Assembly (NCBI GenBank): GCA_964351975.1
Contig: CAYGPK010000001.1
Location: forward strand, 85,270 to 149,269
Origin: an uncultured Methanosarcinales archaeon
GTDB taxonomy: Archaea; Nanobdellota; Nanobdellia; Woesearchaeales; UBA583
Reading direction: 5' to 3'
DNA: 64,000 nt
Made by a program: the position numbers and the translations under genes. The notes below the pieces were generated by a model that saw only the letters and a program-made list of their open reading frames with translations, did no database searches and had not been told where the DNA came from. Shown one piece after another: positions 56,993 through 64,000 of the stretch; the first letter of the stretch is position 1, and each line of letters starts with the position of its first letter.

Positions 56993-58906
56993 ATGGTAAA
57001 AATCCTAGATGAAATTATGAAAGAATTACCTCAAGAAGAGGTTAGTTCTGTTGAATTTGAAGGTGCAAACATTGTTGTTTACACGAAAAGTAAAGACTTC
57101 CTATTTAAAGGAAGAGCAAAGATAAAACAAATTGTTTCTATCTTTAAAAAAAGAATTGAACTACGTGCTGACGCAAGTATTTTAATGAAAGAAGAAGATA
57201 CGCAGAAAGCAGTAAAAGAGATTTTAAGCGATGTTGAAAATTTAGAATTTAAATTTGATTCTGCAAGATCAAGATTGACTTTAGAAGTTGATAATGTTGG
57301 TGCTGCTGTTGGTAAAGAGGGTTCTAATTTGAAAGAAATTCAGAAAAGAACAATGTGGACTGTTGTTGTAAGGAGAATTCCTCCTATTAGATCAAAAACT
57401 GTTGATGCTATGCGTGCTGTTGAGTTTCAAGAATCAGAGTATAGAAGAAAATTTTTGAATAAAGTTGGTAAGAGAATTTATGGAGGTTGGAACAAAGGAA
57501 AGATTAAAGGCTGGTCAAGAGTTACTATGCTTGGAGCTGGAAATCAAATAGGTAGAAGTTCTATTTATTTACAAACAACTGAGAGTAGAATTTTATTTGA
57601 TTGTGGAATTGATCCAAGTGTTCCTTTGGGTGACCCCGCGGAATTTCCTTATTTAGATTCTCCAGATTTTAAGTTAGAAGATGTTGATGCAGTAGTTTTA
57701 TCACATGCACATATGGATCATTGTGGTTTACTTCCTTATTTATATAGGGTAGGATATAAAGGTCCTATTTATTGTACTGAGCCAACGCGTGATATTATGG
57801 CTCTTTCCCAATTAGATTTTATTAAAATTATGGGACAAACTCAAGCTGAGAGTGTTTTATATAAAGCTGAAGATGTTAAAGAGATGATTAAACATGTTAT
57901 TACACTTGATTATGGAAGTGTGACAGATATTACTCCGGACATTAGATTAACATTTTATAACAGTGGGCATATTTTAGGTAGTGCATTTTGTCATGTTAAT
58001 ATTGGTAATGGTATGCATAATTTCATGTATACAGGAGATTTTAATTATTCTTTTAAACAAAGATTACTTGATAGGGCTGTTACTGAATTTCCAAGACTTG
58101 AGAGTATTATGATGGAAAATACAAGTACTGGTTCTAAAGATATTTCAATGTCTCGTGAAGATGCTGAAGAGGAACTTCTTAAAATTTTAGTTGATGCTTA
58201 TGTAAATAAAGGAAAAGTTATTATTCCAGTTTTTGGTGTTGGACGTTCACAAGAAATGCTTCTGGTTATTGAGAGTTTAATTTCTCAAGGAAGATTACCT
58301 AAAGATATTAAAGTTTATGTTGATGGAATGGTTTATGAAGTTACAGCAATTCACACAGCTTATCCTGAATTTTTAAATAGGCAATTAAGAAGTAGAATTT
58401 TGCGAGGGGATAATCCTTTTACAATTGAGAATTTTAAAGCAGTAGGTTCTCATAAAGAGAGAGAAGCAATTTTTGAGAGTAATGAGTGTGCAATTGTTCT
58501 TGCAACATCAGGTATGCTTAATGGTGGAACTTCACTTGAATATTTTAAACAATTCGCACCTTATGAAAATAATGCAATTGTTTTTGTTGGTTATCAAGCA
58601 AGAGGAACTTTAGGACGTCGTGTTAAAGATGGTGAGAAGGAAATCTTATTATCTAATACTGGAAGTTCTGATGATAGAATTTCTGTTAAAATGAAAGTTT
58701 GTGAAATGAAAGGTGCATTTTCAGCTCATAGTGATTTTAATCTAACTAAGAAATTTGTTTCAAATTTATCAGTTAAACCTAAAAAAGTGATTTTAAATCA
58801 TGGTGAACCTGCTAAGCTTGCTTCATTTTCAGAAGTTGTTAAAAGAATTATTCCGGGTGTTAAAACTTATACTCCTGAGAACTTGGAATCAATTAGATTG
58901 AATTAG
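56993..58906 (+). CDS. Beta-CASP ribonuclease aCPSF1 (FttA)
   Basis: KH N-terminus (FEGANIV.Y), HAHMDH, GHILG, TSGML.GG, FSAHSD, NHGE. Confidence 0.95.
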   Translation: MVKILDEIMKELPQEEVSSVEFEGANIVVYTKSKDFLFKGRAKIKQIVSIFKKRIELRADASILMKEEDTQKAVKEILSDVENLEFKFDSARSRLTLEVDNVGAAVGKEGSNLKEIQKRTMWTVVVRRIPPIRSKTVDAMRAVEFQESEYRRKFLNKVGKRIYGGWNKGKIKGWSRVTMLGAGNQIGRSSIYLQTTESRILFDCGIDPSVPLGDPAEFPYLDSPDFKLEDVDAVVLSHAHMDHCGLLPYLYRVGYKGPIYCTEPTRDIMALSQLDFIKIMGQTQAESVLYKAEDVKEMIKHVITLDYGSVTDITPDIRLTFYNSGHILGSAFCHVNIGNGMHNFMYTGDFNYSFKQRLLDRAVTEFPRLESIMMENTSTGSKDISMSREDAEEELLKILVDAYVNKGKVIIPVFGVGRSQEMLLVIESLISQGRLPKDIKVYVDGMVYEVTAIHTAYPEFLNRQLRSRILRGDNPFTIENFKAVGSHKEREAIFESNECAIVLATSGMLNGGTSLEYFKQFAPYENNAIVFVGYQARGTLGRRVKDGEKEILLSNTGSSDDRISVKMKVCEMKGAFSAHSDFNLTKKFVSNLSVKPKKVILNHGEPAKLASFSEVVKRIIPGVKTYTPENLESIRLN

Positions 58907-58943
58907 GATTTAAGGCTTTTAAATTTAAATATTATTAAATAAA

Positions 58944-59606
58944 ATGATTATTCCTCAAAAACTTGAAAAATTAATATTACAAGAGAGATTTAATATTGGG
59001 TCTTTTTCAAATAGTGATATTGAAATGGATATAGGGGGTAATTTTTATTGTGATGGTTCAAATGAGTCCCATTCTTTTCCTTCTTTTTTTAAAAAATCAG
59101 ATGGAGCATATCAAATTCATTTGATAACTGAAGGTTTAGAAAGAGGTTTAGCTATAGCTGGACTTAGTTTTGATATTGATGAAGATTTAGAAATAGTAAA
59201 AGTTCTTCAAATTCAAGGTTTAGTTGATAAAGAATATTTTAAAGAATATTTAGATTTACTTAAAGAAGTAGATTGGAAAAAATTACTTTTAAGTTATATG
59301 GTGTCTTTGTCAAAAAAATTAAATGCAGCAGAGATTTCTGTTCAAGGGTATAGAAATAATTTATCTGTTGGAGAAACTTATGAGTTTGTAAGGGAAGTCG
59401 GAGAAAAAGTAGATTTTAATAATTTTTTAGTTTTTTCAAATAGAAAGATGAGAAAGTTAACAGATTCAATTTTAATTTCTAGTGATGATCCAAATAAAAG
59501 CTACCATTTATGGCCAAAAAGAGCATATCAAATTTATGATCAAACGGCTTTAGATTTAGGATTTTCTCCAGATGGAAATGGAGATTATGTTTTAGATTTA
59601 AAATAA
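58944..59606 (+). CDS. Hypothetical protein
   Basis: 220 aa; LQIQG and YD..A..LGF. Confidence 0.65.
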   Translation: MIIPQKLEKLILQERFNIGSFSNSDIEMDIGGNFYCDGSNESHSFPSFFKKSDGAYQIHLITEGLERGLAIAGLSFDIDEDLEIVKVLQIQGLVDKEYFKEYLDLLKEVDWKKLLLSYMVSLSKKLNAAEISVQGYRNNLSVGETYEFVREVGEKVDFNNFLVFSNRKMRKLTDSILISSDDPNKSYHLWPKRAYQIYDQTALDLGFSPDGNGDYVLDLK

Positions 59607-59746
59607 ATTTATCAAAAAACCTCAGTTCCTTTTTAAAGGTTATTATGCGATTTCTTTCACACTTATTCTAAGCTACAATAAGCTTTATAAACCAATTAAC
59701 GTTATTTTATAGTTATGCCGTTTGCATTAAGCGGTGTTTGATTGGT

Positions 59747-59820
59747 GGGCCTGTAGCTCAGTCCGGTAGAGCATCGCCCTTGCAAGGCGGGGGCCTCGGG
59801 TTCAAATCCCGGCGGGTCCA
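59747..59820 (+). tRNA. tRNA-Ala(UGC)
   Basis: GGGCCTG/CGGGTCC acceptor with G3.U70, loop CTTGCAA, GGTTCAAATCC. Confidence 0.96.
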
Positions 59821-59887
59821 TTGAGTGTGCAGTACTTGAGATTATCTCGAGTGCGAAGAACGGAAGAAATGTTTACATTTCTAATGA

Positions 59888-62780
59888 GGTTAAATTTGAA
59901 TCTGTAGTAAAAATATAGTGTATTTGTAAAATAATAAACTCTATTATGTGGATGACTTGGCTTGAGTAACGATGAAGGGCGTGGTTAGCTGCGATAATCG
60001 TAAGGTAGGGGCATACTCCCATTGAACTTACGGTACCTGAATTGGACTTCCTAATAATTCGCTAGACGAAGGTGTACCTGGGGAACTGAAACATCTTAGT
60101 ACCCGGAGGAAGAGAAATCAATTGAGATTCGGTTAGTAACAGCGAGTGAAAACCGATCAGATCAAACTGAATCTGTATTAGTAATAATATAGAGATGTGG
60201 TGTATGGAGCCTTGTTGGACCTTGATAAATGTTAAAATATTCTGGAAAGTATAACCTTAGAGGGTGATAGTCCCGTATGGCATTGTTGATAGGTTCTTTA
60301 GGAATTCCTGAGTAGTGTCTGTTGGAATTCAGGCATGAATATGGGGGACACTGACCTCCAAATCTAAATATAACTCAAGACCGATAGAGAATTAGTAGCG
60401 TGAGCGAATGTTGAAAAGAAGCCTTAATAGGTTTTGAAAAGATCTGAAACATACTAGAGATAGGATGATGCGGCGTTTAGGCGTTGCATCGTACGTTCTG
60501 AATAACGGGCCAGGGAGTTTATTTTTGTGGCAAGATGAAAGTCGAAGGGAAACCGAGTGGTGTTAATAGCGCCCATAGTCACAGGGATAAGACCCGAAAC
60601 CAGATGATCTATACCTGAGCAGGCTGAAGCGGGAGTAAAATCCCGTGGAGGGCCGAAGCTGTATCGCGTTTATTGATTTGTATGACTTGGGTATAGGGGT
60701 GAAAAGCCAATCGAATCTGGTGATAGCTGGTTCCAGTCAAAATTGGCCTTAGTCAAGCCTTCATGGAGAATGTTACAGGGGTAGAGCTACGGATTAGAAG
60801 GTTGGGGAGAGCAATTTCTTCATTTTTTAGTCCAACTCCGAATACTGTGACTTCGTAGAAGTGAGGAGACGGGATTACACGGGGTAAACTTGTAATCCGC
60901 GAGGGGAACAACCCAGACTACAGTTAAGGCCCCTAAATGATAATTAAGTGATAAAGGGTAAAGGGTGTGTGTATTCGAAGACAAAGAGGAGGTTTGCTTA
61001 GAAGCAGCAATCCCTTAAAGAATGCGTAACAGCTCACTCTTCGAGAGTATATGCCCCGAAAATAATCGGGTCTAAATTATCTGCCGATACTGTAGTTCAT
61101 GCACACGGTGCATGTAAGTTAGACTGGTGATGTGATAGGGTAGAAGTAAGTCTTCAAGGATTTGTGGACCTATTACATATAAGAATCCTGGCGGTAGTAG
61201 GAGAATAGAGGTGTGAGAGTCACCTCGGACGAAAGGGCAAGGGTTCCTTCTCAATGTAGTTCAGAGAAGGGTTAGTCACTCCTAACTCCTGTCCTAATTG
61301 GATAAGGGGGAAAGGGAAACAGATTAATATTTCTGTACTGTTTAGATAAACATGGTGACATAAGTACTATTTCGATCGGATAGGGCTAATTGCTACTAGA
61401 CTTGTCTAGTTTAAGAAGCATAAGACATTGGAGTGTTGTAATGACGAGAAAATGTTTAAACTTTTATGAGTAATTTGTGATGACGCCTAGTTTCTTTGAA
61501 AACGAAATAGTATTGATTCTAAATAAGTGTACCCACAACCGGCACAGGTGCCCCAAGGTGAGAAACCTAAGTCCTGCAGGGTTAATCTTTCTAAGGGAAT
61601 TCGGCAAATTAGCCACATGCCTTCGGTATATGTGGTCCCTGGAATATATGATAATTTCAATTAATTTCAGGGTGCAATAGCAAGGACGGTCCGACTGTTT
61701 AATTAAAACATAGCCAACTGCTAGGCCGTAAGGCTGCGTATAGTTGGTGAAGTCTGCCCACTGCCAGTAACTAAAACCCTTTTTCAAGGGGGCCAAGGTC
61801 TGGTAAAGGGCGGGGATAACTATGATCCTCTTAAGGTAGCGAAATGCCTTGCCGTTTAAATGACGGCTTGCATGAATGGCGTAACGAGATTGTCACTGTC
61901 CCTAGAAAGAACCCTCCGAATACACTATCCCGGTGCAAAAGCCGGGGACTCCAAGTGGGAAGTAAAGACCCCGTTGAACTTTACTGCAGCCTGCTATTGT
62001 GATCAATTTTATAGTATAACAAGGAGCTTCGGCGACAAGGTAGTACTTGTTGCTATGAAGTTGGTTGCTTATCCCTATATGGGAAACAGTAGTTGGTGGG
62101 CAGTTTGGCTGGGGTGGCACCCTGCTGAAAAGATATCAGCAGGGCCCAAAGGTTGGCTCAGTTGGTTTAGAAATCCAACGTAGAGTGTAAGGGCAAAAGC
62201 CAGCTTTATTGTGATTACCATAATACTAATCGCAATTTGGAAACAATGGCCTAACGATCTACAATGTGCTTCTTAGTGAGGCCTTGTATTGACAGAAAAG
62301 TTACCACGGGGATAACAGAGTTGTCGCTCCTGAGAGTTCATATCGACGGAGCGGTTTGCTACATCGATGTCGGCTCATCCTAACCTGGCACTGCAGCAGG
62401 TGCCAAAGGTGGGGGTGTTCACCCATTAAAAGGGTTCGTGAGCTGGGTTTACAACGCTGTGAGGCAGTTGGTATAATATCTGCTTGGAGTGTTTAGTATC
62501 TGCGAGAAAGATGCGTTTAGTACGAAAGGAACGGCGGGTCGTGGCCACTGGTGTATCTATTGTCCATATGGGCATGTAGAGCAGCTACGCCATCAGGGAT
62601 AAAGGCTGAAAGCATCTAAGCCTGAAACCCTCCTCTAAAAAAGATACATTGTTTGCGAGTAAAAGACTCGTTTGATAGGAGTGCGGTGTGCGATAGAAGC
62701 TAAAGCGACTATTTTAGCCGGCACTTACTAAAAAACATATTAAACACAAAATACACTATATATAGATTCAAATTTAACCT
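59888..62780 (+). other. Long-range processing stem around the 23S rRNA
   Basis: AGGTTAAATTTGAATCT (59888) pairs with AGATTCAAATTTAACCT (ends 62780); TATAGTGTATTT/AAATACACTATA; an outer pair TTGAGTGTG/CACACTCAA lies just beyond these coordinates. Confidence 0.85.
59935..62735 (+). rRNA. rrl: 23S rRNA (archaeal); ends approximate
   Basis: GAACTGAAACATCTTAGTA, TAGCTGGTTC, CTTAAGGTAGCGAAAT, GGGATAACAG, CGATGTCGGCTC, sarcin-ricin loop AGTACGAAAGGAAC, GCTGAAAGCATCTAAG. Confidence 0.97.
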
Positions 62781-63011
62781 GCAATTCGTTCTGCACAACT
62801 TAAATCACACTCAAGCATAAAAAATTAAAATAAAAACTTAATTTATTTGTTCTAAACATAATAATTATAACTTAAATTGATCATTTTATATTCAAAGAAT
62901 TAGTCTAATTAGCTAATTTATTGATATTTTGAAAACTTTTATTTTCATAGTCCAATAAATTGAAAGATTTATTGATAAAATTTTATAAATAACTTTTTTT
63001 TAATATTTTTA

Positions 63012-63842
63012 ATGAAAAAGATAGGTTTGTATATTGAAGGAGGTGGCAATAAAGTTTTTTTTGCAAATGGTGTTCTTAAAGTATTTAATGAAAATAAAAT
63101 AAAGGTTGATCATGTTTTTGGAATAAGTTCTTCTTCTGCAATTTTATTTGCATATTTATTTAATTGTAATAATTTTGTTTTGAAAATTTTTGGAAAAAAA
63201 TTAAGAGAAAATAAAAGAAATTTTTATTATTTTAAGAAAAAACATTTTCCTCAAAATGATATTTATAAAAATTCAATTGAAGAAATGTTTGAAAAATATT
63301 TTGATAATTTCAAAGATAAAAACTTAAATTATACAATTATAGCATCTTCAACTTCGATAAGATTTAAGCGTTTAAAAGGGGTATTTGCTTCATTTTCTTT
63401 AATTTTAGATATTATATTCTTAAAAATTTTACCGAAAAATTACTTTTTAAAATTAATAAAAAAAGTATTTAATATTTCTGAGTTTTATTTTTATTCAAGT
63501 AAAGAACATACTTCTAAAGATATAATTAATGTTATTATGGGGTCTTCTACAATATACCCATTTATAGATTTACATACTTATAGAAATAAATTAATTTTAG
63601 AAGGTAGTTTTGCACAAGCTAACTATAATTTATTGTTAGAGAAATATGAGAAGAAAATAGTTATTCATAATGATTTTGGAAAAACACAAATTAGGGATAA
63701 TACTCTTCATATTTATTCTTCAATAAAAATTCCTGAGAATATTTTAGATTATACCGATGAAAATAAAATTATAAATTATCATAATGCTGGTGAAATTGAA
63801 GCAAAGAGAAACTTAGGATTAATCAAGAGTTATTTATCTTAA
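63012..63842 (+). CDS. Patatin-like phospholipase (divergent)
   Basis: GGGNK, GISSS, EGS in place of DGG. Confidence 0.75.
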   Translation: MKKIGLYIEGGGNKVFFANGVLKVFNENKIKVDHVFGISSSSAILFAYLFNCNNFVLKIFGKKLRENKRNFYYFKKKHFPQNDIYKNSIEEMFEKYFDNFKDKNLNYTIIASSTSIRFKRLKGVFASFSLILDIIFLKILPKNYFLKLIKKVFNISEFYFYSSKEHTSKDIINVIMGSSTIYPFIDLHTYRNKLILEGSFAQANYNLLLEKYEKKIVIHNDFGKTQIRDNTLHIYSSIKIPENILDYTDENKIINYHNAGEIEAKRNLGLIKSYLS

Positions 63843-63873
63843 CATTTATAAGTTCTTAATTTATATTTATTTT

Positions 63874-64000
63874 ATGAATAAAGTTAAAGCAATTTTATTT
63901 GATATGGATGGTGTTTTAGTTGATTCTATGTCAGCACATATAGAATCTTGGTATAAAGCTTTTCACAAATTTAATATTAAAGTTTCTAAAGATGAGTTAA
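63874..64000 (+). CDS. HAD family phosphatase (runs off window end)
   Basis: MNKVKAILFDMDGVLVDSMSAHIESW. Confidence 0.9.
   Translation, partial: MNKVKAILFDMDGVLVDSMSAHIESWYKAFHKFNIKVSKDEL

Noticed and set aside
61072..62183. ORFs inside the 23S as intron-encoded endonucleases
   Set aside because: The rRNA looks continuous at about 2.8 kb and the ORFs have no LAGLIDADG, GIY-YIG or HNH motifs.

Overview
A very AT-rich archaeal chromosome segment. Gene content points to a DPANN archaeon, probably Woesearchaeota-like (inference): aIF6, Pop5, NOG1, uL1/P0/P1, aCPSF1 and an archaeal 23S rRNA sit alongside bacterial-type GyrB, ThrRS, MetRS and Lgt, and many genes look leaderless. It holds about 65 CDS, tRNA-Thr(UGU), tRNA-Ser(GGA) and a tRNA-Ala(UGC)-23S unit with no adjacent 16S or 5S. 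I saw no integrase, transposase or CRISPR array. The main finding is a recurring micro-insertion pattern at 7 clear and 2-3 weaker sites. At each, a roughly 30-100 bp bulged or mismatched hairpin sits in the end of a gene, tRNA or promoter. On one side is an orphaned native end, and on the other a diverged, working replacement (recoded C-terminus, recoded N-terminus with a new Shine-Dalgarno, tRNA 3' end, or promoter). All calls come from reading motifs by eye; no searches were run.
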